From positions 32,001 to 96,000 of the IMG/VR virus record IMGVR_UViG_3300046535_001869: a stretch of DNA of 64,000 nucleotides. One strand, 5' to 3'. Source of the DNA: a virus. Shown one piece after another: positions 1-9,368 of the stretch (its first letter is position 1; every line of letters starts with the position of its first letter). Below the pieces are notes generated by a model, which saw nothing but the letters and a program-made list of their open reading frames with translations, was not told the origin of the DNA and ran no database searches. Both the position numbers and the translations under genes were made by a program.

Positions 1-216
1 GAGCAGACCGCGAAGATCTACACCGACCTGCCGCGCTGCGGCTCGTTGCCGGCGGTGGGTAAGCCGTTCTGCTCGGATCCGGCACTGGTCGCTAAGATGG
101 CCGACGCCGACAACAAGGCGTACGCCGCGGTCAAGGCGGCGCAGCGTAACGAGGCGCTCCTCGGCGCGGCGCTCGATGCCATCGCCGCCTACCAGTCACT
201 CACCCTAGGGAGGTGA
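1..216 (+). CDS. 3' part of a late-operon protein, truncated by the window start (possible lysis-cassette protein)
   Basis: Frame 1 is open from position 1 (EQTAKIYTDLPRCGS...FCSDP...) to TGA at 214-216; GGAGG RBS for the next gene lies at its end. Confidence 0.6.
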   Translation, partial: EQTAKIYTDLPRCGSLPAVGKPFCSDPALVAKMADADNKAYAAVKAAQRNEALLGAALDAIAAYQSLTLGR

Positions 217-219
217 TCC

Positions 220-447
220 ATGCCCGCAATCTCAGTCATTCTACCGATCGTCCTTCAACTCCTCGAGCTGGCCCCGCAGCTCGTCACCGGCGGCCAGGCC
301 TTCATCGCCGCGGCCCAATCCATCTGGGAGACCGCGACGTCGAACGTCGCCGCGACCGCCGACGAGCAGGCCCAGTACGACGCCGCGCTCGAAGCCAGCC
401 ACGCCGCGTTCCAGGCCTCGGCCAACCGTCAGGACCCGACCGCGTGA
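220..447 (+). CDS. small hypothetical protein with hydrophobic N-terminus
   Basis: GGGAGG RBS, ATG 220, GC3-rich codons. Confidence 0.7.
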   Translation: MPAISVILPIVLQLLELAPQLVTGGQAFIAAAQSIWETATSNVAATADEQAQYDAALEASHAAFQASANRQDPTA

Positions 448-641
448 AGTGGGTCATCCTCGGCCTCGCGGTGGTCGGGATCGCGCTTCTCGCGCTCGGC
501 TACCACATCAGTAACAGAGTGGACCACAGCACCGACGAGAACTTGGCGGCGGTGATCCCCTGGCTGATTGGGATCGTCGTCCTCGGGACCGACTTCGTGC
601 TGCTGATCGGCTTCGTGATCTACAAGGCATTTGCCTCGTGA
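444..641 (+). CDS. 2-TM membrane protein (holin-like candidate)
   Basis: GTGA coupling to the upstream stop; two hydrophobic stretches (VKWVILGLAVVGIALLALG and VIPWLIGIVVLGTDFVLLIGFVIY). Confidence 0.6.
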   Translation: MKWVILGLAVVGIALLALGYHISNRVDHSTDENLAAVIPWLIGIVVLGTDFVLLIGFVIYKAFAS

Positions 642-835
642 TCGATTGGCCCACCTTGCTGCGAACGCTAATGCACCGTCTGGGTTTCCACGGACCAAAC
701 TGGTATCCATTCTGGAACATGGGCGATATCTGGATCGAATGCATTGTTTGCGGCGCTCGTCGATTTCCGCCGTCTGAAGATATGAATGTTGTACCGCCGG
801 AGGAAATAGCGCCGCAATCGAGGTTTGCGCAATGA
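638..835 (+). CDS. hypothetical protein (CxxC)
   Basis: GTGA/ATGA coupling on both sides. Confidence 0.5.
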   Translation: MIDWPTLLRTLMHRLGFHGPNWYPFWNMGDIWIECIVCGARRFPPSEDMNVVPPEEIAPQSRFAQ

Positions 836-948
836 CCGACTGGTCCACCTCACTCAACTGGGATGGCCCGATGGCGCAGATCGGGCTGGCGATGATGGTG
901 GCGCTGCTGGTTATCGTGATTCTGATCGGGGTGGGGCAGCGCCGATGA
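832..948 (+). CDS. 38 aa single-TM protein (not in the ORF track)
   Basis: MTDWSTSLNWDGPMAQIGLAMMVALLVIVILIGVGQRR; ATGA overlaps at both ends. Confidence 0.55.
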   Translation: MTDWSTSLNWDGPMAQIGLAMMVALLVIVILIGVGQRR

Positions 949-1121
949 GCCGGACCCTCGTCGTCGCGTTATGCGCGGCTGTGCTTCTCGTTGTTGTCGG
1001 GGAGAGCGAGCTTCACCTCGGCGGCTCGGTCGTCTGGGGCGGGGTATCGGTCCTGATCGGCGGCCTCCTCCTCCTCGCCGAAATCGTTATGGCCGCGGCC
1101 TACAGCGATCGAACAGAGTAG
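945..1121 (+). CDS. 2-TM membrane protein
   Basis: ATGA-coupled start at 945; MSRTLVVALCAAVLLVVVG...GGVSVLIGGLLLLAEIV. Confidence 0.55.
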   Translation: MSRTLVVALCAAVLLVVVGESELHLGGSVVWGGVSVLIGGLLLLAEIVMAAAYSDRTE

Positions 1122-1141
1122 CTCCGAGGCTTCGCCCTCTC

Positions 1142-1176
1142 AACCCCGCGCCGGGAAACCAGCGCGGGGTTTTTCG
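1142..1176 (+). terminator. Rho-independent terminator between convergent arms
   Basis: AACCCCGCGC...GCGCGGGGTT stem running into a T tract, at the convergence of the + and - gene blocks. Confidence 0.8.
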
Positions 1177-1182
1177 TTTCTA

Positions 1183-2967
1183 CTACTTCCCGAGCTCCAT
1201 GTCCTCGTCGCGGATGTAGATCAGCGTCTCCTTGGCGCGCGTCGCGGCGACGTATTGAAGATTTTCTTCTTGACAAATTTGCCAATCTTGCCGCGCCGCC
1301 TTCGAGGGCATCAGCTCCGGGCGGAGGATCGCGACCTGCTGCCATTCTTTTCCCTTAGCTTTGTGACATGTGCAAAGCGTCAAGACCGTCTGCTTCTCGC
1401 CCTTCTTGTCGTCCTGGAACATCGAGCGGATCTTCTCGATCAGCGCCGGGATGGTCCGCTCGGTCTCCGCGAGGCCGCCGATCAGGACCAGCGCGCAGTC
1501 GACCCGATCGCCGACCGCCTCGGCCTGCCGCTCCTGGGCGCGGGCAATGAACTTCGCGACCTCGCGCTCCCGGAAGTGGTTGAGCTTCTCGACGAGCCGG
1601 TCGATCCCACGCGCCTTCTGGCGCTCGATCAGGTTGACGAGGCCCTCGCCGATCTCGCGCCCGAGGATCCGGCAGGGCCGCCCGCGGGCTATCAGACCGT
1701 ACGCGACGGTGACGAGCGGCGCGGTCTGGCGGCATAAAATGGCGTCGGTCGCCGTAAGGCGAGCGAGGGTATTTTGTAGGGATACGTTATTGAGAACCTC
1801 GCCCTCTGCTGCGCCTGGAGCCGACTCGATGTCCGGCACCCAGGTCTGGGCCATCTCGACGACGGCGCGCGAGCAGCGGTAGGAAACGGTCAGCGGCAGC
1901 TCGCGGGTGTTGAACTCGCGGGCGATCACGTCGAGCGCGTCCGTGGAGGCGCCGGTGAAGCCCATGATCGACTGGCGGTCGTCGCCGACCGCGAAGAGGC
2001 GACCACCGTCCTTCAGCGCCAGGTGGGTCATGGCGCGGCGAACGGGGTTCGTGTCCTGTGCCTCGTCCACGATCACGACGTCGTTCCGCCAGAGTCGGAG
2101 CTTCCAGAGGCAGACGAGGTAGAGCATGTCGGCGAAGTCGATCAGGCCCTGGCGCGCCGCCGCGTTCGACCGCGCGAGGAGCTCGCGGGCGATCTCGATG
2201 CCGGTGGCGGGGTTGGCCTCCTCGGAGTCGAGGTAGAGCCCGTAGTGGTCGACGATCGTCCACCACCGGTCCTCGGTGTCGGCGACCAGCGGGCCGATCC
2301 CTTCGCCCTTGGCCTTCTCCACGAGGTCACGCACGAACGCGGAGTAGAGGCCGAACGTCTCCTCGCCCTCGGGGGTGACGCACAGCCATTCGCGTAGGAG
2401 CTTCAGGCACTTGCCTGGGTCGACGACGATCTGGCTCTTCGGGAGGTTCAGGTGACGCAGGACCGCGGCCATCCCCACGGAGTGGAACGTCCCGGCGCGT
2501 ACATCGCGGAACGACCGGTCCGGGTACCGTGCGGCGAGCTCCTTGATCGCGTCGTCGAGCTGCGCGGCGGCCTCGGTCCCGAAGGCGAAGAGCTGGACGT
2601 GGGCACGCGGCGGGAGATAGACGACCATGTTCTTCATCGTGGTGGTCTTGCCGACGCCAGCGCGCGCCTTAACGATAACCGACCCACGGCCGTACTTGGC
2701 GTGCTCGAAGATCGCCGCCTGGTACGGCGAGGCGGTATGCCCCGACAGAAGCGTGTAGACGTCGTCGCTCGAGGCCGCTGGCGCGCGAACCACCGCGGCG
2801 CGTAGGCTTACCGCCCCGGCGCTCTCAGGTGCCCCAGCGGGCTCCTGCGAGGCGCAACCGGCGTGCCGCACGGCCCACCGGCCGTCGTTACCCTTATACG
2901 CCTCGCCCTCGCCGGCCTCGACGCGGGTGGAGCACTCGGTGCAGGTGCCGGGGTACTTGTTAATCAT
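1183..2967 (-). CDS. UvrD/Rep-family SF1 helicase with N-terminal Zn-ribbon
   Basis: Walker A ARAGVGKTT, IVDEAQD, AVGDDRQSI, SYRCS, TCHKAKGKEW, YVAATRAKE; start moved to ATG 2967 behind the CCGAGGAGAGACCTC leader. Confidence 0.9.
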   Translation of the reverse strand: MINKYPGTCTECSTRVEAGEGEAYKGNDGRWAVRHAGCASQEPAGAPESAGAVSLRAAVVRAPAASSDDVYTLLSGHTASPYQAAIFEHAKYGRGSVIVKARAGVGKTTTMKNMVVYLPPRAHVQLFAFGTEAAAQLDDAIKELAARYPDRSFRDVRAGTFHSVGMAAVLRHLNLPKSQIVVDPGKCLKLLREWLCVTPEGEETFGLYSAFVRDLVEKAKGEGIGPLVADTEDRWWTIVDHYGLYLDSEEANPATGIEIARELLARSNAAARQGLIDFADMLYLVCLWKLRLWRNDVVIVDEAQDTNPVRRAMTHLALKDGGRLFAVGDDRQSIMGFTGASTDALDVIAREFNTRELPLTVSYRCSRAVVEMAQTWVPDIESAPGAAEGEVLNNVSLQNTLARLTATDAILCRQTAPLVTVAYGLIARGRPCRILGREIGEGLVNLIERQKARGIDRLVEKLNHFREREVAKFIARAQERQAEAVGDRVDCALVLIGGLAETERTIPALIEKIRSMFQDDKKGEKQTVLTLCTCHKAKGKEWQQVAILRPELMPSKAARQDWQICQEENLQYVAATRAKETLIYIRDEDMELGK

Positions 2968-2993
2968 GAGGTCTCTCCTCGGTTGGTAAGGGT

Positions 2994-3022
2994 AGTATCG
3001 CGCCATTGCAGCGAAAAGTAAA
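2994..3022 (-). promoter_or_regulatory. phage early promoter, copy 1 (TTTACT-17-GATACT)
   Basis: Member of an 11-copy family with conserved TTTACTTT(T)C and sigma70-like spacing. Confidence 0.8.
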
Positions 3023-3147
3023 CCCCTAATTTGCCCTTAGCTGTGATAATTTCGAGGGGCAGGCCGGCTATTTTGCCTGCCCCTGTTCAGTGCGGACCAC
3101 CACGTTCGGGCTCGCGTAGCCCGCGGTGACCTCGCTTGCCAGGATAG

Positions 3148-3627
3148 TTATGACGAGCATTCGATCGCGTCCAGGTCGTCCTCGTCGAAGACGCCCTCGG
3201 CGACTGCGTAGGGCGGCCCGCGGAACCAGCCCGCGGCCTCGGCCTGCGCCTGGTCGAGCGCCTCCTCGACGCCGTCCCGGATCACCGTGACCTGATCTAT
3301 TCGGATCGCGATGACGGTCCGCGTCCCGACGTCGGTCACGCGGTAGGTGTGGTCACCCAGGGTGAACTCGTCGCCGATCCTCATCACCTCCCTCCTTACC
3401 GGAAACCACGCCTCAACGAACGCAACGGCCTGGTCGTAGTTGCCGGCGTTGGCGACGTTCTCGCGCAGCGCCTCGATCCGGTCCGTTGGGATCGCGAGCT
3501 GGCGAAGCATGGCGACGGCCGTACCGACGATGTAGAAGATGTTGGCGCCCGGCCCGCGCCCGTTGATGACAGTCGTGAAGACCGGGGTCGCAGCGTCGTC
3601 GGTCCAGTGGTGAATCTCGTAGGTCAC
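3148..3627 (-). CDS. hypothetical protein, apparently two fused small genes (internal start 3384)
   Basis: GTGA-coupled start at 3627; internal AAGGAGGGAGGTGATG RBS and start. Confidence 0.6.
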   Translation of the reverse strand: MTYEIHHWTDDAATPVFTTVINGRGPGANIFYIVGTAVAMLRQLAIPTDRIEALRENVANAGNYDQAVAFVEAWFPVRREVMRIGDEFTLGDHTYRVTDVGTRTVIAIRIDQVTVIRDGVEEALDQAQAEAAGWFRGPPYAVAEGVFDEDDLDAIECSS

Positions 3628-4073
3628 AGCGCAATCCTCCTCCCGAACGAGTTCTCCTCGATCCGGCCGTCGGGCCATACGACCGTCACCGGGATACCCT
3701 TTAGCCGAGCCCGACGGACCGTGAACCACGTGCCGGAGCGGCGCTGGGACGTATGCTCTTCCGGCGCGCGAGGCACGGCGATCAGGTACTCGGCAGCGTC
3801 GACGATCGCCTGGTTCCTGACCAGGTAGGGGAACGGGTCGGCCAGGGCGTCGCACGCGCAGAACGCACGCTTGCTCGGGTTCGACGGCGGATGGCCGTAC
3901 ATGAACCACAGCCGAACGCGGGCGACGGCGTGCGCCTCCGCGTCGGCCCCGACGCAGTCGCCGTGGTGGAACTCGCCGCGGCTGGCAACGAACCAATCGA
4001 TCACGTTGATGAATCCGCGATGCTGGGCATCGGTCATCCCGTGTTGGGTCCCGGTGAAGCCGAGGATGGTCAT
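3624..4073 (-). CDS. SLOG-superfamily (DprA/YspA-like) nucleotide-binding protein
   Basis: GFTGTQHG, HHGDCVGAD, YLVRNQAIVD, SGTWFTVRRA motifs. Confidence 0.7.
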   Translation of the reverse strand: MTILGFTGTQHGMTDAQHRGFINVIDWFVASRGEFHHGDCVGADAEAHAVARVRLWFMYGHPPSNPSKRAFCACDALADPFPYLVRNQAIVDAAEYLIAVPRAPEEHTSQRRSGTWFTVRRARLKGIPVTVVWPDGRIEENSFGRRIAL

Positions 4074-4282
4074 CGATCGTACGCCTGACCAAGAAACGGA
4101 GAATTTAGGATTTCTTTTCGCTCCTTACAGAACGAACATTCGCCAACGGCTTGTCGGCTATCTGGGGGTCCCATTTCGCTATAAGTCAGCGTCCAAAGAA
4201 TACCGTCTCGGCAAACCGTATCCCCGTAGGATTTATCAAGAGGACAAGGCGAACGCGCCGGCTTTCCCGGCGCTGGTCGCAT
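4070..4282 (-). CDS. hypothetical Cys-containing protein
   Basis: AAGGAGG RBS before ATG 4282; ATGA coupling to the next gene; downstream of promoter copy 2. Confidence 0.6.
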   Translation of the reverse strand: MRPAPGKPARSPCPLDKSYGDTVCRDGILWTLTYSEMGPPDSRQAVGECSFCKERKEILNSPFLGQAYDR

Positions 4283-4353
4283 GGTGGCCTCCTTTGGACT
4301 ATCTGGCACCGAAACAACTCCTCGGATACCTGCCGCTATGGCAGTACTTGGCT

Positions 4354-4382
4354 TATATACGCCGATCGGGGCGAAAAGTAAA
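4354..4382 (-). promoter_or_regulatory. phage early promoter, copy 2 (TTTACT-17-TATATA)
   Basis: Repeat-family match with 17 bp spacer. Confidence 0.75.
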
Positions 4383-4389
4383 CCGCTAT

Positions 4390-4806
4390 CTATTCCCCGT
4401 CCCTCGGCGAGCCGCAGAAGACGCATAACGGCCAGCGCGTGTTCGGCGGCCGGAGGTCCCAGACGCAGTGCACGACGAGCCGCGTGCCGAAGCACACCAT
4501 CGAGTCGCTGAACTGGAGGTCCTCGACCACGCACCCAACCGCCACGGCCACGGCGCTGCGATACTCCTGGGTGACCTTAGCTACCTTTGCCCTGGCTGCC
4601 TCCAGCTCGCGCCTAGCCGCGCTGATCGCTCGCTCCTTCTCGAATACCTTGTGGGCCAGGAGGATACGTCGGTCGCGGTCGGTCGTCGTGTCTATAGCCG
4701 AGGGCACCTTCAGGCGATTCGCCGAGCAGTCGTCTGGGTCGTGGTTGTGGTCGACCCGCATGTCGACCCCGCACCAGGGGCAGTCTACCGTGTGGTTGGC
4801 CATCAC
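4390..4806 (-). CDS. hypothetical protein with CxxC motifs
   Basis: Coupled to the upstream gene; CPWC and CVFC. Confidence 0.6.
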   Translation of the reverse strand: MMANHTVDCPWCGVDMRVDHNHDPDDCSANRLKVPSAIDTTTDRDRRILLAHKVFEKERAISAARRELEAARAKVAKVTQEYRSAVAVAVGCVVEDLQFSDSMVCFGTRLVVHCVWDLRPPNTRWPLCVFCGSPRDGE

Positions 4807-5345
4807 GCCGCCTCCCGCGCCGCGGCGAGCCGCGCGTTGAGATCCTCGATCCGCAGCGCCGGCAGCGCGACCGGAGCCAGCTCGTGGTGCGGGAAGTAGG
4901 CGTAGCCCTCGGGCCAGCCTTCGGCCAGCTTCTCGACGGTGGTGAAGGCCTGGAGCGTCCCCGTGATCTCGAGCTTCAACTGCTCACGCTCTTTCCTAAG
5001 CACCCCCTGGGCCACGGTGTGGTCGTCCCACAGCTTCCGCCAGTGCGTCGGTACTTTTGGGTAGCTGTGGGACGCCGGGAGGCGCACTGGGTCGGTCAGG
5101 GCGATGGTGTGGTTGTAATGCCGTTCAGCTTCGCTATATTTGAAGCTGATACGGCTAGCCAGTGGCAGCCACCCCTCGGGCAGCATCGCCATCTGCCGCA
5201 GCGCATCCTCGCCGTACAGCACGCGGAGCAGCCGCAGCCCGAGCGCGTGCTCCTGTTGCTTGAGGCGCAGTTCGCGCTCGGCGAACGTCGCGGCGAGGAG
5301 GCGCGTGGTGATCGCCTCGCGGTGGGACTTCAGCAGCTTGGTCAT
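4803..5345 (-). CDS. Nmad5-like (nucleotide modification associated domain 5) protein
   Basis: LPEGW and C-terminal TTVEKLAEGWPE...LPAL..LN pattern recalled for this family. Confidence 0.6.
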   Translation of the reverse strand: MTKLLKSHREAITTRLLAATFAERELRLKQQEHALGLRLLRVLYGEDALRQMAMLPEGWLPLASRISFKYSEAERHYNHTIALTDPVRLPASHSYPKVPTHWRKLWDDHTVAQGVLRKEREQLKLEITGTLQAFTTVEKLAEGWPEGYAYFPHHELAPVALPALRIEDLNARLAAAREAA

Positions 5346-5584
5346 CCCGTGTTCCTCCTGTATAGCTCCGCGAGGACCGCGGCGTCACCCCGGGCCTCCT
5401 CGTGCGTGACCCGGAGCCGTCGCGCCGTGACGGTAACCTTTCCACAGTCGCACCGCAGCTGGGCGCGATAGCCGTCCGTCTCGGGGTCGTGGACGACGTG
5501 CTCCTCGGGGATGTGGGGGCACGTTGCTGCCGTAGACCCGCGCGGGTAGCTGGCGCCTGGCGAGGCACGCGGGCGGTGGGTCAT
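5342..5584 (-). CDS. hypothetical protein
   Basis: ATGA coupling within the - strand chain. Confidence 0.55.
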   Translation of the reverse strand: MTHRPRASPGASYPRGSTAATCPHIPEEHVVHDPETDGYRAQLRCDCGKVTVTARRLRVTHEEARGDAAVLAELYRRNTG

Positions 5585-5877
5585 TGGTCCCCTCCTGGGT
5601 ATATCCCGGTCTTCCGGTACTCGCGGATTTTCAGCAGGCTCCGCTGGGACTGCCGCAGGCCCTCGCGGAAGGTCGGCAGGTCCATTAGCGCGAGGACCCG
5701 GCGCGCGGCCAGGCAGTTCGCGACGGCCATCCGGCGCAGCGCCGCGGCGTTCTGGGCCAGGGTCATCGCGGCGGTGACGCGGTCGAGTTCCTCATTTGCG
5801 CGCCGCAGTTCGGCGTCCTGCTCCGCCTCGGTCAGTGCCATCCAGCGGTCCCACTCCTCGTCGTCATTGTCGGTCAT
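5581..5877 (-). CDS. hypothetical protein
   Basis: Start re-set to ATG 5877 (ATGA overlap); MTDNDDEEWDRW... Confidence 0.6.
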   Translation of the reverse strand: MTDNDDEEWDRWMALTEAEQDAELRRANEELDRVTAAMTLAQNAAALRRMAVANCLAARRVLALMDLPTFREGLRQSQRSLLKIREYRKTGIYPGGDQ

Positions 5878-6107
5878 AGATTGATGTTCCACCCCTTCCG
5901 CACCAGGGCGACCAGCTCGCGCAGCAGGTCGTCGAGCGTATCGCCGTGACCGGTCGGATAGCCGTTGGCGATCATCCAATCGGCGACGACGGCCTTGGCG
6001 AAGTCGTCGAACTCCTTGGCTAGATCGACCAGGCTGCTGTAGTGGTTGGCCTGATCGTGCATGACACGACGCGCGGAACTCGTGGCTTTGTCGGTCGGGG
6101 CGCTCAT
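5874..6107 (-). CDS. hypothetical protein
   Basis: Start ATG 6107 with GAGGG RBS; YPTGHGDTLDDLL. Confidence 0.6.
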   Translation of the reverse strand: MSAPTDKATSSARRVMHDQANHYSSLVDLAKEFDDFAKAVVADWMIANGYPTGHGDTLDDLLRELVALVRKGWNINL

Positions 6108-6481
6108 GTTGTATCCCTCTCGCTGCGCTTCGGCTCGGTCGTCTCGCCGAGAATGTACTCGACGTCGATCACCAAGCCGTCGGTTAGCATGCTGTCGAAG
6201 AACCAATGTCCGCCGTGCTTGTTTACCTGCTCCTGTAGCCAGTAGTGCGCGTTCTGGTGCGTCCGGTCGTTCCAGTCGTACACGTCGGAGTGCGCCTTTT
6301 GGTCGGCCATACGCATTAGGATGACAATCGCCAGGCCGCCGCTAGGTGTCTCGACGCGGGTCGGGTACCCCGTTCGCCGCATATAGTATCGCTGCGCCTC
6401 GTTCTCGTCCTCGACGAGGATCGCCAGCGCCGGGACGAACGTGTTGCGGTCGCGGATCTCGACTATCCGGGTGATCATCAC
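6104..6481 (-). CDS. hypothetical phage protein
   Basis: Coupled ORF; EIRDRNTFVPALA...IDVEYILGE. Confidence 0.65.
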   Translation of the reverse strand: MMITRIVEIRDRNTFVPALAILVEDENEAQRYYMRRTGYPTRVETPSGGLAIVILMRMADQKAHSDVYDWNDRTHQNAHYWLQEQVNKHGGHWFFDSMLTDGLVIDVEYILGETTEPKRSERDTT

Positions 6482-7515
6482 TCGGCCTCGTTCACGAAGC
6501 GAACCAACCCGTCTAGTAGCGCGCCACGATCATCGTCCGAGACGCAGTCGTGCGCGCAGAGGATCTGACGCCCAAGGTTGTCTTGTATGTCGAACTCGTT
6601 GGCGATCCAGGGGCGCGGGAATCGATCGAATAGGGACGGCTCGACCGGCTGCGGCGCGGCGTAGGCCGCATAGTAGCGTTGAGCCGGCTCTGGCGCGTGG
6701 TTGCCGCGCCGTGCCATCACCGTGCGGAACGTGTCGGACGGGCTCCCGGCGTAGGAGAAGTCGAGGTCGTGCTCCCAGGCCGTCTCTGGAGAGGAGAGGA
6801 CCAGGTCGACCAGCCCCTCGTCATCGGACCGGGTGACGAACTCGGCGACGGCGGAGCGGATCAGGAACTCGTACTTCAGTGTCCGGTCCTCGGTCAGTTC
6901 GTGCTCGGTCTGGAGGTTCCACGTCACCTGCGCCGGCTTGCGCAGGTCGTAGGCGCGCATCCCGCGGTAGTAGACGTGCCGGCTCTCTCGCCGGGAGTAG
7001 TTGACCCGCGCGTCGCCGTCGTCCAGCTCGCTAAGGAAGATCTCGCCGCGCTGCTCGTGCGCCTCCAGCATCGCCGGGTGGTCCGTGGCGATTAGCGTAT
7101 GGTCGGCGATACCCTCGACCGGGTCCTCGGTCAGGTACGTCTCGCCGCGCTCGTCGCGCGTATTGGCCTCCAGCTCGCGGTACGCCTGCCACGCCTCCCA
7201 GGTCGCGCCGAGCTGGGTGGTGAACGGTAGCTCGTCGCTCTGGTTCGGCGCGAACTCGAAGCGTCGGTGGCGCATCTCGATCATGTCGAACGCCCCGCCG
7301 CGGAATTCAACCGGCCGCAGGTGGAACGAGCATGTTGCGTGGTGCCGATGGAGCACCGGCTCGGCGCCCAGACGGACCATCACGGCCAGCGCATACTTCA
7401 GCCCAGTGCCGAACATGCCGATCGGAGACGTCGAATTCGGCTTGGCCGACATCCCGAAGGTGGTCAGCGCGCGCAGGTCAAGCACGCCGGGCGTCTTGAA
7501 TACCAGGGTGGTCAT
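6478..7515 (-). CDS. GHKL (HSP90-like) ATPase-domain protein
   Basis: TFGMSAK...PIGMFGTGLKYA G-box; ELEANTRDE. Confidence 0.6.
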   Translation of the reverse strand: MTTLVFKTPGVLDLRALTTFGMSAKPNSTSPIGMFGTGLKYALAVMVRLGAEPVLHRHHATCSFHLRPVEFRGGAFDMIEMRHRRFEFAPNQSDELPFTTQLGATWEAWQAYRELEANTRDERGETYLTEDPVEGIADHTLIATDHPAMLEAHEQRGEIFLSELDDGDARVNYSRRESRHVYYRGMRAYDLRKPAQVTWNLQTEHELTEDRTLKYEFLIRSAVAEFVTRSDDEGLVDLVLSSPETAWEHDLDFSYAGSPSDTFRTVMARRGNHAPEPAQRYYAAYAAPQPVEPSLFDRFPRPWIANEFDIQDNLGRQILCAHDCVSDDDRGALLDGLVRFVNEAE

Positions 7516-7814
7516 AACGTAATCCTCAATACCTTAGACGACGCCGCAGCGACCAGGACGATCACCGCGATCGTCGCTACGAACATCATCGAGGCGGTCA
7601 TCCAGCCGCGCCACAGTCGCGGGCGCGGTCGAGCCTCCTCGCGCCAGGAGCACGGCAACCCGGACAGGGCCGCGGTCATGTGGAGCGCGACGCGTCCCGG
7701 GACCCAGGCGACGGGGCGGCCGATGCGACCACGAGGGGATCGACCGATCCGGTACAGCCTGGGGCCGACGAGGATGTAACGCCGCGAGTCGACGCGCTCG
7801 GGGAAGGGGATCAT
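7512..7814 (-). CDS. hypothetical protein with C-terminal TM helix
   Basis: ATGA-coupled start at 7814. Confidence 0.5.
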   Translation of the reverse strand: MIPFPERVDSRRYILVGPRLYRIGRSPRGRIGRPVAWVPGRVALHMTAALSGLPCSWREEARPRPRLWRGWMTASMMFVATIAVIVLVAAASSKVLRITL

Positions 7815-8863
7815 ATGTGATAATCCACGACGGTGACCCACTGGTCGGGACGGATGGTCGCGAGGATAGCGTCGAGCTGAGCCGGCCAGTCGCCCTTCTC
7901 GTCGGCAACCGACCCCCACCACCCGAGCTGCCCGCGCTCGGCCCATCGTCCGTCTTTGACGACGGCGAAGGCCGATAGTCCGGCCGCCGTCGCGACGTGG
8001 GCCTCGCGCGTATACGCGCCGCTGATCGAGTAGTCGCCGAACATGTCGTTGGCATGGCCGACGAGCTTGCGCAATCGGGTGGCCTCAGGGTCGGCCTCGA
8101 TGCGCTGGTACAGGGCCTGCCCGGATCTCGTATCAGCGCGAAGGGCCGCTAGTAGGTCATCGTAGTTGCGCAGTACCGATCCGAACGAGACGTCGTCGGT
8201 CGCCTTCTCCCTGTATTTCGCCTCCGCGCCGTCCCACTCCTCGGCCTTCTTCCGGCGCTCCTCGGCCAGCATCCCCTCCAGGTCGAGATCGCCCCAGCGG
8301 ATCTGGTCGTACCCGTCGCGACCGTGACCGTGGTCTGGCCCCCACTTACCTCCGGTACGCGAGTCCTCGTTGCGGTAGGCCGGAACCAGGTTGCGCGGCA
8401 TCAGGCGACCGCCGTAGCGCCCGCCGATTTGCCACCAGTCCCACTTCCGGTTGGGGTTGGTACGACGGCCGAACCGCCCGGGCTGGTCAGGAATCGCCGC
8501 GTAGCCCTCGCGGTCCGCCGCCTCGAACAGGTTCTCTCCGGCTGCGGCGCGGGTCATCTGGACCTCGACAGCGCCCGGGGGAACCGGGAGCGTCTCGTAC
8601 GACCGGTAGTTGTTGGCCTTCGTTGGCTCGACCTCCCTGTAGAACCGATCGTCGTAGGCGTCGACCAGTTCACCGTCGTGGAGACGAACGTACGCGCGCT
8701 CGGTCTCGTTGAACTCCTTGGTGAACTCGTCGGTATGGTCGACCCATTCCAGGTACCGCTCGATCCCGGTGCACTCGTACTCGTGCCACGGCAGGAGGAT
8801 CTCCTGGAGCTTCGCCTCACTCGGGCGGGTGTCGGTGATGACTAGAACGCTCGCGTGGCTCAT
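7811..8863 (-). CDS. conserved phage hypothetical protein
   Basis: Start ATG 8863; NPNRKWDWWQIGGRY, GQLGWWG and VVDYHI motifs. Confidence 0.7.
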   Translation of the reverse strand: MSHASVLVITDTRPSEAKLQEILLPWHEYECTGIERYLEWVDHTDEFTKEFNETERAYVRLHDGELVDAYDDRFYREVEPTKANNYRSYETLPVPPGAVEVQMTRAAAGENLFEAADREGYAAIPDQPGRFGRRTNPNRKWDWWQIGGRYGGRLMPRNLVPAYRNEDSRTGGKWGPDHGHGRDGYDQIRWGDLDLEGMLAEERRKKAEEWDGAEAKYREKATDDVSFGSVLRNYDDLLAALRADTRSGQALYQRIEADPEATRLRKLVGHANDMFGDYSISGAYTREAHVATAAGLSAFAVVKDGRWAERGQLGWWGSVADEKGDWPAQLDAILATIRPDQWVTVVDYHI

Positions 8864-9120
8864 GACTCTTTCTCCCCGTTCAATCCTAACGCCCTCAGTT
8901 CGAGGTCGCTCAACTTGGCCCTGGCGCTCTTCCGCAGCTGCTCGTCGATCGTCGCATTCATCGCGCGGAGCACCGGCTCGCTGAACGGCTGGACGTCGAC
9001 GTTCAGCCGGCAGCGCTGCCACTCGTAGGCGGGGTACTCCTTCGCGGCCGACGTCTCCATGAAGTAGACGTAGTCGCTGATCTGCTGGCACGAGTTCGCG
9101 AGCAGCGGGTCGTCTACCAT
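8860..9120 (-). CDS. hypothetical protein
   Basis: Coupled ORF, GC3-rich. Confidence 0.6.
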   Translation of the reverse strand: MVDDPLLANSCQQISDYVYFMETSAAKEYPAYEWQRCRLNVDVQPFSEPVLRAMNATIDEQLRKSARAKLSDLELRALGLNGEKES

Positions 9121-9368
9121 ACCGCCCTTCTCGATAAAGTTGTGGTAACACCATTCGCGCCCCCGGACCGGCGAGTGGTGCGGTGCGCGTAGATGATCCG
9201 AGCGAAAGTTTCATCGCCGACGTTCCGATCCAGTGCATCCTGCGCTATCGCTGCGGCCTCGCGACAGCGGTAGTCGCCCGACGCGAGATCCGGGCCGTTG
9301 TTGAGGTTCTCGATCGACCGCAGCGCTGCCTCGTAGGCGTCGAGCTTGTTCACAGCGTCACTCCCCAT
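9114..9368 (-). CDS. hypothetical protein
   Basis: Fills the - strand chain; start uncertain. Confidence 0.45.
   Translation of the reverse strand: MGSDAVNKLDAYEAALRSIENLNNGPDLASGDYRCREAAAIAQDALDRNVGDETFARIIYAHRTTRRSGGANGVTTTLSRRAVW

Noticed and set aside
3040-3145. Hairpins (AGGGGCAGGC/GCCTGCCCCT) upstream of promoter copy 1, and the hairpin leader at 4285-4350, as ncRNAs
   Set aside because: No recognisable family features. They are most simply a terminator and a 5' leader structure, and cannot be supported further by eye.
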